Shown here: piece by piece, positions 26,756-36,763 of the stretch
Layout of the letters: each line of letters opens with the position of its first letter
Position numbering within the stretch: position 1 is the first letter of the stretch
Source of the DNA: Christensenellaceae bacterium
GTDB lineage: Bacteria > Bacillota > Clostridia > Christensenellales > Borkfalkiaceae
Direction of reading: 5' to 3'
DNA: 64,000 nt
Assembly: GCA_045596265.1 (NCBI GenBank)
Contig: JAZOCB010000015.1
Location: 56,534-120,533, forward strand
Translations under genes and position numbers: made by a program
The notes under the pieces: generated by a model
Told to the model about the DNA's origin: nothing
The model's input: the letters and a program-made list of their open reading frames with translations, nothing else
The model's database searches: none

Positions 26756-27265
26756 TTAAGATTCACCTGCAGATTGTTTTTGATTTATCATATCCATAAT
26801 TTTATTTACCATCTCTATAGATAAATCGCATTTATATATCCGAACGCAATATTTTTTGTTGTTGGTCAGCGATATATGATCAAATTCATTGCCCATAGGC
26901 CGATTATCTATAAGCATATAAAAATCTTGTTCTAAGTCCTTAAAGAGGTAACTTAATCTTTCCTCTTTAATATCAACAATATCTTTTATATACACAATAT
27001 TTTTTACGCCCAAAAAGTTTTTTACAACAATAGACTCTTCATAAAACTCAAACCATTCAATAGTTTTCATTAGTTCATAAACATACCATAAATAAATTAT
27101 GATGATGAAAAATAAGGCCACCGCTATGATCGCGATCCTTTCCTTCCAATCCACGCCATCTATAGTCGCTGCAATAAGCAAAAATCCTATATATGGCAAT
27201 GAAGTCACTATCAATATAAATATCAAACTATGAATGCTTTTTTTATCTGGTTTTAAATAAATCAT
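26756..27265 (-). CDS. Putative cognate immunity protein of the RHS C-terminal toxin
   Basis: It lies immediately downstream of the RHS gene, has two TM helices plus a soluble domain, and is very AT-rich. The start MIYLKPDKK (27265) parallels the paralogue's MFYLEPDKK. The ORF opens at 27343, overlapping the RHS 3' end. Confidence 0.65.
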   Translation of the reverse strand: MIYLKPDKKSIHSLIFILIVTSLPYIGFLLIAATIDGVDWKERIAIIAVALFFIIIIYLWYVYELMKTIEWFEFYEESIVVKNFLGVKNIVYIKDIVDIKEERLSYLFKDLEQDFYMLIDNRPMGNEFDHISLTNNKKYCVRIYKCDLSIEMVNKIMDMINQKQSAGES

Positions 27266-27281
27266 CTTGTTGTTTACTTTT

Positions 27282-30200
27282 TTAATTGCAGAATATATCA
27301 AGAACGGTATTGAATAAATTACCAATAAATTCAAATAAATCATTTATTGTGTACTCATTTGTTCTGGACACATAAACATTAACCGCCATATTAGCAGCAG
27401 TAAGAGGACTGTTCATAATTAAGCCAAATATCACGCTTTCCGTTACCTTTAATTTAGCGTATTTATCTATCAAAAATAAACCTCGTCCGATTAAAGACAA
27501 GAAAGCACTCATAGCGCCCGATACAAAAACGGTTTTAAGGTTTATCTCTTTCCAAGATTTTTCATCCAATATTATTTGTGATGCTATATCCCCAACCGCA
27601 CCTACGCTAAACGTCAGACTCAATAATGCTAATATCGATATATGTTTAACAGATGTAATCACTCCAGAAATACCACCAATCAGCGCACCCAATAATATGC
27701 CACCAAATATATTTTGACCGTTTTGATGCGCTTGGACTGCACCGTATGTTCCGCCTAAAATCGCCCCTATTATCGCAGAAATTATTATGCTAATTGCAAT
27801 CCTGCCACTATGGTCCGAATACATAATTGGGTTGTTTTTGCAGTAGCAGTAAAGATCAATACCGCAAAATGTTTTGGGATCTAAATATGAAAAGGCATCG
27901 GGTGAGATCCAACGGCGAAGCAGAGGACTGTAATACCTTGCATTGCAGTAGTAAAGGCCCGTTTCAACGTCGTAGTAATATCCCCTGTATCTAAACGGGT
28001 TAAGGTTGCCAATAAAGTTGGGATCGGCATTTACCACACCGTTTGCATCAAGCACTTTATGATTACCCCAGGCGTCGTACTCATATCGGGCAACAAGGAT
28101 ACCGACACAGTCGGTAAGGCCAATGACGTTGTTTTGTTCGTCACGGACATATTGGTAGCAGTACCCATCTTCCAGGGTGGCTTTTGGATAAATCAAGTCA
28201 GTCCCGTCGTGAAGCTTAAAGCCAACAAGACTGTCCCCATCGTAAAAATAAACCAGCCTTTGGGTTGTGCCGATATTTTCGGCAATGATCTTTGTTCCGT
28301 CCACGAAATAATTTTTATCCGTGGTGCCGGTTTTGCCGATGCGGATATTTTGGTGATCGTAAGCGTAGCTTGTTGTGACGCCGTTGACGGTCACCCCGGT
28401 CAAAAGACCGCCCTTTGACCAAGCGCAGCTGAAGGGCTTATCTGTATCGCCCGTTGCGGATAAAAGGTTGCCGGCGACGTCGTAGGTATAATTTACCTCC
28501 TGATTGCCTACGGTTGCCTTTACTACCCTGCCGGCGCTGTCGTAGAGATAGCAGGTCATTACGTTACCGTTGCCGTCATTTTCAACAACCGTTGACAATC
28601 TGCCCGACTGGTCGTAGGCGTAGGTTTTTTGCCATAAAGTTACTTCCCCTTCGCTACCGGTAAGCTTTTTCACCTCGCTGACCAAACGGTTATTTTGGTC
28701 ATAGGTATAATACATGCTGTAGTTACCTAACGTAGGATCGTCGTAATATGACGTAGAGGTCACCTTTTGCGTTAAAATATTACCCCTTTCGTCGTAAGTG
28801 TATTCTCTTTCGCTGAAATTATCTGGGTCGAGTGAATACCTTACCTTTTTAAAGCGTAGAAGTGTATTTCCGTTGCCATCGGTATCGTAGGTGTAAACAT
28901 AGGTGCTGCCGCGGCCACAGCATATCCTTTTGGTCGCAAGAAGCCCTAAAGGATTATAAGTATATTCGGTAGACAGACATTCTATCTTGGACAACACCCT
29001 ATCGGGGGCGTTGCCAAAATATTTTTCAACACCGGTTATCCTTGGATTTGATAAAACGTTTTCGTCATAGCAAGTATGTGACTGCGATTTATCAAAGGGG
29101 GACGTTGTATATACGGTACCGCTGTTTTCATTTTTGATAATAAAACCGAACGACGTTGATGAGGTAATATCTTCTCTTACACATTTTTTAACGTTTCCGT
29201 CGTAATCAAATTGGTATATATACTGCTTGTCGTTATGTGTGTCCGTTACGGTTAACAACGGCTGGGCAAGCTGACTTGCTCCGCCAAGATTTGCGTATGT
29301 ATAAGTTACGTCATTCGATCCGCTTAAGCTATTGCCTGCAAGTGAACCGTAATGTAAGCCGTGCATCCTTCCATATAAGTCGTAAACGGCTGAAACCACG
29401 TCTTCCGACATCCCGTCCTTAATATATCTGGTTTCAATTTTAGTCGTAGCGGATTCTTCGTCGAAGACCTCTGTTTGAATCTGAACGGGGACTTCCTCTT
29501 CGCCGTTAAAAACTGTGTACGTGGCCGAGTTGCCTTCATGATCGTGAATAATGCCATATTTGACGTAGCCGTCAGTTACCGTGCGCACAAGGCCCTTGTC
29601 GTAGGTAATTTCGTTACGTGCCTTGACTACACCGTTTACCTTTAAGGTAACGGATAAAAGCCTGCCAACGCGGTTGTATTCGTAAAGCTTTTCATGAACA
29701 ATTCCACCGACAGTTAAGCTTTCTTTGGCGATTACGTTAAAAGGCTTGTTATACTCGTACACTATGGTGTTAATGCCGTCGGATTCGCTTTCAAGATAAC
29801 CGTCTTCATCATAGGTCGATACAGCGCATACCATGCGGCCTTCGCGTTCGCCATATGCGTTGCGTCCCAATAAAACTGATTGTACAAGGTTGCCGCTGCC
29901 GTCGTAGGTATATTCCTTGGTTACGCCGTATTCGTCCGTTTCCGAAAGGGTTTGACCGAAGTAATTGACCCTTGACTGACTTAAACTGGAATGATTATTT
30001 ACTGCTGAAACGGCTTTTTCAAGGATAATACCGTCTGCGCCAAAAATCGTTCTTTGCTCGGTGACGTTATATCCGTTTTGTGAAACAAATTTGTTTGTAA
30101 AGGTTAGTGGCAACGCGTAAGCAAGGTTGTCGGCACCGTTGACGGTGAAGGTTAATTCCTTTACCTTTGAAATGCGCTTTTTACCGTTGTTGCAAATAAC

Positions 30201-32591
30201 GTCAAAGCATTCAACGTCGTTTACAGCATATGAATTACGCATTTTGTTTAATACCGTTCTTAACAAATCTTGCTCGGTAAAATAGTGATAAGTATCTTTG
30301 TTGTTTTCAATTATTATGGTATCACTATTATCGGCCTTTGTCAATGTGATTTTGTTAATTTGTGTAAAATAAATTTGGCCGTCGCCAGCTGAAACCAAAA
30401 GATCACTCTTTGCCGTCGGCGCAAAATTGAGGGGGCTCAATTCAATCTGTTGAACAATAAAGTTGTTTAAATTTACAATATTAATTTTTAATTCCTCAAG
30501 CGTAACGACGTCTTTCTCATCTTCGACTTCAGGTAAAGATAATACGATCCCAACCTTTTGCCATGCGTCGCAGGCGGTACCATCAACAAAAACAGAGGCC
30601 GTTTGTTCCTGACAAGTTTCACCGTTCAGGGCAAACTTATATTTTGCCGTAAGCTTTAACCTTTCGCAAATCTCCTTATGCTTCAAATAAAACGAACAAC
30701 CGTAATATTTATTTGCTTTTTCCGTATCGTCACGCCACAAAATGAATTCATCCGGGACGTCGTATATGTATTGACCGTAAGAACCTAAAGCACAAGGTTC
30801 CTCGTTAAATAAAACGCTTCCGCCGGCACCGGCAAGGGTCTTTGTGGATCCCACAGATAAATCCTTTAGACCAATTATTTGCCCTTCGGCGTTTTTAACA
30901 GCTTCAAAGCTGCTGATAATTTTATTTTTACGGTTTAAATAATATATGATTGAAACGTTGTTTTTATTTGTAACAACCGTGCTTAACACCCACTCTGTTT
31001 CGCCAATCATGTTGTAGTCAAACCTTAAAGTGTCTACAACCTTATAATTAGGCTCGTATGCGCCCGCATAACACTGTTTTGCGTACTGGATTTCTTTTAC
31101 ACGACAATCGTCGTCATAATTAATTAATATAACGTTTATTCCGTTAATTTCGGTGACAGCTTTTAAAAGCTCTTTTTCGTCATATGAAAGGCCGTAACGT
31201 TGAATAACCGACGTACCGACTTTTGTTTCAAGCCTAATTAAAGTATTGCCACTATAAACAAATTTTGTCGTCTTTATACAGGACGAGCCTTTGCAAGCTT
31301 TTACTTCGTCAATATTGCCCTGCTCTGTGTACGTAAAAAGCAAGCTTTCGTTATATCCGTCTTCATTGTTATATTGACTTCTTGCATCAAAAATGCGAAC
31401 AAGCTTGTCGCCGTCATAAGAAAATACCTTATGTACGTCACCGTTGATGCCGGCAACTATATCCGTAATACAGCCGTTACTGTTAAAAGTCAGCTTGTTG
31501 TTGCTTTCATCAATAATTTCTACCCCATTGGATTTTTCCTTTAACACAAGCCCAATGCCGTCGCAATCGTGATAAAGCCCCTCATTGCTATCATAAAGCT
31601 TAAACTGATGTAAGTAACCATTGCCGTCCATGTAAGTGTAAGTTTGACCCTGTTTTTTAACAAACTGCTGTACGTTAAGCTTCCATCCTCTTGGCATTTT
31701 AGACAAGGACTCACAAAAGTCTTCACTAATCGTGCTATAAATGGCTGTTACGTCAATTGCCCTGTCATTTGCCCCTACGCTCATGCAAGGCAAGGTATAC
31801 GTCAATCTTCCTGTAGATAAATTTACTTTTGGATTGTCACCGTATTCCCCCTCACTTTTGCAAGTCATTGCCATAAAGCTATCTTCTAGGACGGTAACCT
31901 CTTGCGTGCAAGTTTTTTCATCGTATGAAATAGTCACTGCTTCGTCGCCATATCTTAAAATTTCGGGCGAGTAAGTAAAACCATCCGCAAACGTTTGGTG
32001 GCCACCGTTAGTGTAATTTACGTTTATCGTCATACCGTGGGGATTAAATCTTTCACCGTCAAGATAATGTCTGTATTTTGGCGGCGTGCAAACCTCAATT
32101 GATTGAGTAATAAGCTCGCCATCTTCGTAATAAATCATTTCAAAAACAGGAGCATTTTCGCCGCTGGCATTTATCAAAAAAAGATTTCCGCCGTTAGCTG
32201 TCAGCTCTATATTTATATTTTGCGCTGTCGTTGACGTGGGTAGCATGGCTGACAAGTCAATATCTGCGTTAGTATATGCCCCATAATAGCACGTCTCACC
32301 GTTTGCGAAAAAAGATCCTCCTTCTTTAGGAAAAACCCTTAAATAGATAGAGATTATCTTTTCGAGGGGTACGCTGAAAATGCTTTTATTAATAGTGATA
32401 ACTGACTTGATCTCAAAACGGTCTTCGCTGTCAGAGTTTTTCACGGCAATATCGTCATACTCGTCGGTTTCTAACCAATAAGTTTTTAACGTGCCGTCCT
32501 CGTTCGACTCTTGCTTATAGTTCTTAAATGAGAACCACGTGCTGTCTGCAATTTTTGTTTTTGTTAATACCTGTGTGTTTTCTGTACTCAT
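27282..32591 (-). CDS. RHS/YD-repeat polymorphic toxin (1769 aa) with a glycine-zipper membrane-type C-terminal domain
   Basis: Many YD repeats (YTYDxxGN..., YxYDxxGR...). The RHS core end reads RYYSPLLRRWISPDAFSYLDP...LYCYCKNNPIMYSDHSG. The roughly 172-aa CT (about 27285-27800) is hydrophobic and Gly-rich (GAILGGTYGA, GGILLGALIGGISG). The N-terminal region has an Ig-like KYRHYLDGERF...VTISY module. No signal peptide or LXG/WXG motif was seen. Confidence 0.9.
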   Translation of the reverse strand: MSTENTQVLTKTKIADSTWFSFKNYKQESNEDGTLKTYWLETDEYDDIAVKNSDSEDRFEIKSVITINKSIFSVPLEKIISIYLRVFPKEGGSFFANGETCYYGAYTNADIDLSAMLPTSTTAQNINIELTANGGNLFLINASGENAPVFEMIYYEDGELITQSIEVCTPPKYRHYLDGERFNPHGMTINVNYTNGGHQTFADGFTYSPEILRYGDEAVTISYDEKTCTQEVTVLEDSFMAMTCKSEGEYGDNPKVNLSTGRLTYTLPCMSVGANDRAIDVTAIYSTISEDFCESLSKMPRGWKLNVQQFVKKQGQTYTYMDGNGYLHQFKLYDSNEGLYHDCDGIGLVLKEKSNGVEIIDESNNKLTFNSNGCITDIVAGINGDVHKVFSYDGDKLVRIFDARSQYNNEDGYNESLLFTYTEQGNIDEVKACKGSSCIKTTKFVYSGNTLIRLETKVGTSVIQRYGLSYDEKELLKAVTEINGINVILINYDDDCRVKEIQYAKQCYAGAYEPNYKVVDTLRFDYNMIGETEWVLSTVVTNKNNVSIIYYLNRKNKIISSFEAVKNAEGQIIGLKDLSVGSTKTLAGAGGSVLFNEEPCALGSYGQYIYDVPDEFILWRDDTEKANKYYGCSFYLKHKEICERLKLTAKYKFALNGETCQEQTASVFVDGTACDAWQKVGIVLSLPEVEDEKDVVTLEELKINIVNLNNFIVQQIELSPLNFAPTAKSDLLVSAGDGQIYFTQINKITLTKADNSDTIIIENNKDTYHYFTEQDLLRTVLNKMRNSYAVNDVECFDVICNNGKKRISKVKELTFTVNGADNLAYALPLTFTNKFVSQNGYNVTEQRTIFGADGIILEKAVSAVNNHSSLSQSRVNYFGQTLSETDEYGVTKEYTYDGSGNLVQSVLLGRNAYGEREGRMVCAVSTYDEDGYLESESDGINTIVYEYNKPFNVIAKESLTVGGIVHEKLYEYNRVGRLLSVTLKVNGVVKARNEITYDKGLVRTVTDGYVKYGIIHDHEGNSATYTVFNGEEEVPVQIQTEVFDEESATTKIETRYIKDGMSEDVVSAVYDLYGRMHGLHYGSLAGNSLSGSNDVTYTYANLGGASQLAQPLLTVTDTHNDKQYIYQFDYDGNVKKCVREDITSSTSFGFIIKNENSGTVYTTSPFDKSQSHTCYDENVLSNPRITGVEKYFGNAPDRVLSKIECLSTEYTYNPLGLLATKRICCGRGSTYVYTYDTDGNGNTLLRFKKVRYSLDPDNFSEREYTYDERGNILTQKVTSTSYYDDPTLGNYSMYYTYDQNNRLVSEVKKLTGSEGEVTLWQKTYAYDQSGRLSTVVENDGNGNVMTCYLYDSAGRVVKATVGNQEVNYTYDVAGNLLSATGDTDKPFSCAWSKGGLLTGVTVNGVTTSYAYDHQNIRIGKTGTTDKNYFVDGTKIIAENIGTTQRLVYFYDGDSLVGFKLHDGTDLIYPKATLEDGYCYQYVRDEQNNVIGLTDCVGILVARYEYDAWGNHKVLDANGVVNADPNFIGNLNPFRYRGYYYDVETGLYYCNARYYSPLLRRWISPDAFSYLDPKTFCGIDLYCYCKNNPIMYSDHSGRIAISIIISAIIGAILGGTYGAVQAHQNGQNIFGGILLGALIGGISGVITSVKHISILALLSLTFSVGAVGDIASQIILDEKSWKEINLKTVFVSGAMSAFLSLIGRGLFLIDKYAKLKVTESVIFGLIMNSPLTAANMAVNVYVSRTNEYTINDLFEFIGNLFNTVLDIFCN

Positions 32592-32592
32592 T

Positions 32593-33891
32593 TTAATTTT
32601 TCTCCTTATCGTTTTTTTTGTTGATTTTTTGTTTGTTTTTTAAGCTTTTTGGTGCTGAGGATTGCTTGTGGGATCTTGCGTGGGCTTCGTAAACCTGCAC
32701 GGGATAGGATTCCTCCTTAAGCCACGCAAGATCGGGATTAAAAAGAAAAAATTCTTCATACCGACGATTAAAATACGGATCGCACGTCCCCCTTGAAATT
32801 TTGGCAAGCCATTCTTCATAGGACTTCGTGTAATAATGATCAATACATATCTTGTCGGTGGTGAGCCCTTTTTGCCAGGCACCGCCGTCTTCTACGGGGG
32901 CCTTGTTTTCGTCCACGACGCTGTATCCGTCAACGGTATATCCGTTGTGGGTCAGCATTTGCCGCATATAGTATGGCTGAACGAAAACCTTGCCCAATCC
33001 CTGCTGGTTGGTTGACTTACTTTCGGTGGGGAACCTTTCGCGCACGGGTAAATCTGACTTGTACCTTTGGCCGTTGGCACCGTAAGTTTTCCAACCGATA
33101 AAAAGCCCGGCGTTGTCTTCAAAGTCCTTTAAAAAGGTCTTCAGATCCGTGCCATCGACAACCCTTACCATCTCGTCGGAGTCCACGTACCCTATCCAAC
33201 GGCTTTCCCGTCCGAATTTTTTCAGACAGTGATTGTACGCATCGTGCTGGGCAAAATCATGGCTTTGGGAAAAATCTATTATGGTTAGCCTTTCCTGCAG
33301 GCCGTCCGGCAAAGCTTTTGCAAACTCCTTAATGCTTGGCTCGCTTGCGTGATCATAAATATAAAAATGCTCTACGCCCTGCCCTACGTGCCAGTTTAGC
33401 CACTCCTCCAGATATTCGTGATCATTTCGGATGATGAGGCAAATTGATGCGTAATATTTAAAATTTGTACGCTTCAGCCTTGCCTTTATCCTTTTTTCAA
33501 TACGATAGGCCCTTTCCTCACGCAAGGCTTTCAAGCAGGCGCTCACTTGAGCCTTTTGTGCGGAAATTTCCATAAGATTTTTTTTGTTCCCAACGTCATA
33601 ACCGCTTTTTATGTAATTGGTGAGGGCGACCCTTTCAAGGGCTTTTAACCTTTTTATCTCCGCCACGTAAACTTCTTGCTTTGTAAAATAATCCTCCTTT
33701 TTGGGTCTTTCAATAAACTTTTTACCGATGAAAAATACGTCCATACCTCGGGCTTCAGCCTTTTTTAAAAAATCCGAATCGTCAACGAAATACGATACTC
33801 CCTTTCCGTCACCGTAATACGGTTTTACGTCTAAAACCTTTTTCGTTAGGTAATCATAATTTATCAAAACCCTTTCTTTTTTTAAGTTCAT
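32593..33891 (-). CDS. GT92/GT2-like glycosyltransferase with an N-terminal helical extension
   Basis: ICLIIRNDHEYLEEWLNWHVGQGVEHFYIYDH ... YVDSDEM (DxD) fits the GT92 (DUF23-like) pattern. ATG 33891 sits 8 nt after AAAGGAGG. Its stop lies 1 nt before the RHS ATG. Confidence 0.7.
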   Translation of the reverse strand: MNLKKERVLINYDYLTKKVLDVKPYYGDGKGVSYFVDDSDFLKKAEARGMDVFFIGKKFIERPKKEDYFTKQEVYVAEIKRLKALERVALTNYIKSGYDVGNKKNLMEISAQKAQVSACLKALREERAYRIEKRIKARLKRTNFKYYASICLIIRNDHEYLEEWLNWHVGQGVEHFYIYDHASEPSIKEFAKALPDGLQERLTIIDFSQSHDFAQHDAYNHCLKKFGRESRWIGYVDSDEMVRVVDGTDLKTFLKDFEDNAGLFIGWKTYGANGQRYKSDLPVRERFPTESKSTNQQGLGKVFVQPYYMRQMLTHNGYTVDGYSVVDENKAPVEDGGAWQKGLTTDKICIDHYYTKSYEEWLAKISRGTCDPYFNRRYEEFFLFNPDLAWLKEESYPVQVYEAHARSHKQSSAPKSLKNKQKINKKNDKEKN

Positions 33892-33961
33892 CTTTTTTCC
33901 TCCTTTGACTTCTTTTAGCGTGAATACCGTTTTTTGATTAATAAATCCACTAAAAACCACA

Positions 33962-33987
33962 ATTAAACGGCTTATAGACGGACTTTT
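33962..33987 (-). repeat. Dispersed repeat family copy
   Basis: Reverse complement reads AAAAGTCCGTCTATAAGCCGTTTAA. Confidence 0.7.
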
Positions 33988-34344
33988 ATTGATAAAACGG
34001 TATTTTAAAGGGCAACCTCAATTTTTGAGGTTACCCTTTAACGTAAGTGGTTTTTAGTTTTGCTTTTGTGGACCATATGGCTTGTCCGTGTACTGCTCTC
34101 TTTGAAAATAATCACTCCTTTTTTTAAAAATTTCCCCAAGCGTTGACATCATTATACACTTTTAAAAAAGGCGATTTCAAGACTCTCTGCCATTTTTAAA
34201 TGTTTTTTTAAAAAAATTGTCAATAAAAAAAACCGCGGCTTTTTTGCCACGGTTTTTCTTTCGGCTTAAAATCTTTTTTGATCTTACCCTGCCCTTTGGA
34301 TAATGAAAAATAAATATGCGACGTATTAACGATATTTCAGCATG

Positions 34345-34377
34345 AAAAAAGCACCCACAATGTGAGTGCTTTTTTTT
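34345..34377 (-). terminator. Bidirectional terminator after rpsI
   Basis: AAAAAA-GCACCCAC-AAT-GTGAGTGC-TTTTTTTT. Confidence 0.75.
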
Positions 34378-34397
34378 GAAAAACCCAAAATGGGTGA

Positions 34398-34808
34398 TTA
34401 TCTCTTTGAGAACTGAGGAGCACGACGAGCTTTCTTTAAGCCGTACTTCTTTCTTTCCTTCATACGTGGGTCACGTGTTAAGTAACCTGCTTTCTTAACG
34501 ATGGTACGGAGTTCAGGTTCTGCAACGACAAGTGCGCGTGCGATACCGTGACGGATTGCGCCTGCCTGACCTGTGAAGCCGCCGCCGTTAACGTTTACGA
34601 AAACGTCGTAATTTGCTTCCTTTTCGGTTAAGGTAAGGGGTTGACGGATAACGAGCTTAACTGTGTCAAGTGCGCAGTATTCGTCAATAGATCTACCGTT
34701 GATTATATAAGTGCCGTTGCCGCCGGGAATAAGACGTACTCTTGCAACTGCTTTCTTTCTTCTGCCCGTTCCCCAGAACTGGACTTTTTTCTTTGCTGCT
34801 TTAGCCAT
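34398..34808 (-). CDS. rpsI: 30S ribosomal protein S9
   Basis: [17 protein letters not shown]...ING ... C-terminal RRAPQFSKR. Confidence 0.97.
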   Translation of the reverse strand: MAKAAKKKVQFWGTGRRKKAVARVRLIPGGNGTYIINGRSIDEYCALDTVKLVIRQPLTLTEKEANYDVFVNVNGGGFTGQAGAIRHGIARALVVAEPELRTIVKKAGYLTRDPRMKERKKYGLKKARRAPQFSKR

Positions 34809-34823
34809 GAATGATCCCTCCTA

Positions 34824-35258
34824 TTAATACTCGATCTTAAGTTCAACGGGTTGTTGAGCCTGCTGCTTGTGTTCAGCGCCCTTGTAAACGCGTAACTTTT
34901 TAAGCATCTTTTTGCCGAGTGTGTTTTTGGGAAGCATACCCTTTACAGCTTCGTAAACGGCAACGTCTGACTTTTTAGCCATGATCTCTGAATAAGGGAT
35001 CTGCTTTAAGCCACCGACGTAACCGGTGTGGTAGGTATAAAGCTTCTGCTCTAACTTCTTGCCGGTAAGAACGACCTTATCGGTGTTTACTACGATAACG
35101 AAGTCACCGCAGTCAACGTTTGGTGTAAACGTTGGTTTGTGTTTGCCTCTTAAAACCGCTGCAACCTGAGATGCTACTCTGCCTAAAGGAATACCTGCGG
35201 CATCAACAACGTACCATTTTCTCTCAACAGTGGCAGGGTTTGCCATATATGATTTCAT
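34824..35258 (-). CDS. rplM: 50S ribosomal protein L13
   Basis: RKWYVVDA...[27 protein letters not shown]. Confidence 0.97.
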   Translation of the reverse strand: MKSYMANPATVERKWYVVDAAGIPLGRVASQVAAVLRGKHKPTFTPNVDCGDFVIVVNTDKVVLTGKKLEQKLYTYHTGYVGGLKQIPYSEIMAKKSDVAVYEAVKGMLPKNTLGKKMLKKLRVYKGAEHKQQAQQPVELKIEY

Positions 35259-35522
35259 ATGATAATTTCTCCGAAAAATTTATTTGCGCTTAATATGGCG
35301 AAGGCTTTTGGTGCAAGGGGCTAATTCGCATGAAAAAACCTCGTCCAAATCAGACGACTAACACATTTTAACTTATTATTATATTTAAGTCAAGCATTTT
35401 TCGGCTTTTTTTACTGTTTTTTATTGAAGTTTTAGGCTTTTTTTCCTCTTTTCTGCCGCGGATTTTTTATACCCACAATATATTGTGGTCATTTTTTCGT
35501 TTTGACCGATTGACCGCCCGCT

Positions 35523-36455
35523 TTAGCCCTTATCCCGCCGCTGCACAAGACAGTAAAAGCCCTCCTCCCGGTCAAAAAATGATCCGGGGATAAAAAAGCC
35601 CTTTTCAAAGCCCTTTATCCTTTCACCAAGCCTTGCGGGCACGGCATACAAAAATAAGGGTGCCCCATCGGTTTCAACAATGCCGAAAAGATAAAATCTT
35701 TCCTTGACGGATATCTTATAAAACCTTGAAAAAGCAATGGTTTTTTCAAGGCCGAAAAATCGCTCGCCCGACGACATAAGGGCGTATATGCTTACCCGGT
35801 CTGCTCTTTTTTCCCCTTGCGAAGCCTTATAAGATACTGGCAGGCCCCCTGTGGCGCAGGGGCCGTATCCAAAGACCTTATCAAACGACTTTTCTGCAGG
35901 GTAAAGGCACGGCGCATCCTGGTAAGATGGGCGCGGTTTTTCCTCTTTTTGGAAAGCCTCAGGGCGGATTTTTTTAAGGCAAGCATCCTCAAAAGGGTTA
36001 TCCTCTTCACTTAAAGCCTCCTCCTTTATGCAACAATTTTGGTAATAGCCTTCGTAATAATTTTCCTCGGCGATCTGCTCGTCGTCGTATGGGGCCACGG
36101 CCTCAGCCCCCGCGGGATAGGTACGGTTGCCATGCCCTGCGTTTTCCCCGACCACCTCGGCAAAGGACCTTTTAAACACACCCCTAAACTTACCTGCGGC
36201 GCAAAGGATATCATCCCCCCGATAGAGAGCGACGGAAAGCTCCTCGGTGAATTTCCCATCCACGGTGAACTCCTGCAAAAGAGCCGTCCAATAAAAGCCC
36301 TCTCCGTCGTAAACGACTATCTTAAGCCCCTCTGTGGGCGTCTTATCCACAAGGGAAGCTTCACCCAAAATACAGCCCTTTTGGGGGCTGAGTCTTACAA
36401 CGGCCAGGGGCCTGCCCCCGTCAAGGGTAAGGGGGTAAGTCTTTTTTCGGTACAT
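35523..36455 (-). CDS. Hypothetical protein (about 310 aa)
   Basis: Long ORF with backbone codon usage. The Met at 36455 is preceded by AAGGAAG; the ORF opens at 36476. No family recognised. Confidence 0.6.
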   Translation of the reverse strand: MYRKKTYPLTLDGGRPLAVVRLSPQKGCILGEASLVDKTPTEGLKIVVYDGEGFYWTALLQEFTVDGKFTEELSVALYRGDDILCAAGKFRGVFKRSFAEVVGENAGHGNRTYPAGAEAVAPYDDEQIAEENYYEGYYQNCCIKEEALSEEDNPFEDACLKKIRPEAFQKEEKPRPSYQDAPCLYPAEKSFDKVFGYGPCATGGLPVSYKASQGEKRADRVSIYALMSSGERFFGLEKTIAFSRFYKISVKERFYLFGIVETDGAPLFLYAVPARLGERIKGFEKGFFIPGSFFDREEGFYCLVQRRDKG

Positions 36456-36763
36456 AAAATAAACTTCCTTGTTCATTTTATGCCGCCGTTAAAGCCGTAT
36501 ATGATTGTACCTCAGCCTTTGGGGCGCAAAATAAGCGGTTTTGTCTTTTTTTGCCCTTTTTTGGGCGGAATTTTTAACGCCTTCCGCATAAAAAGCCGAA
36601 AATGACTGAAAATAACATAAAAAATGTAAAGAAAATTTTAATTTTGCTATTTACAACTGCCAAATTTGGTGGTAAAATATATTTGGTGGAGATTGGCGCA
36701 GTTTTGCGCCCGACACCTTGAAAATACTAATTTTATCTTTAATATTCGGGAGGAATATTTTTT

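Noticed and set aside
28059-28663. Plus-strand ORFs (119 aa and a 69-aa Arg-rich one) inside the RHS gene, and similar antisense ORFs at 29237..29557 and 31541..31974
   Set aside because: They lie opposite an unambiguous 1769-aa YD-repeat CDS. Their composition (Arg/Pro/Cys runs) is typical of antisense frames.
36039-36605. 188-aa plus-strand ORF
   Set aside because: It is fully antisense to the 35523..36455 CDS and extends into the pck promoter region. There is no RBS.
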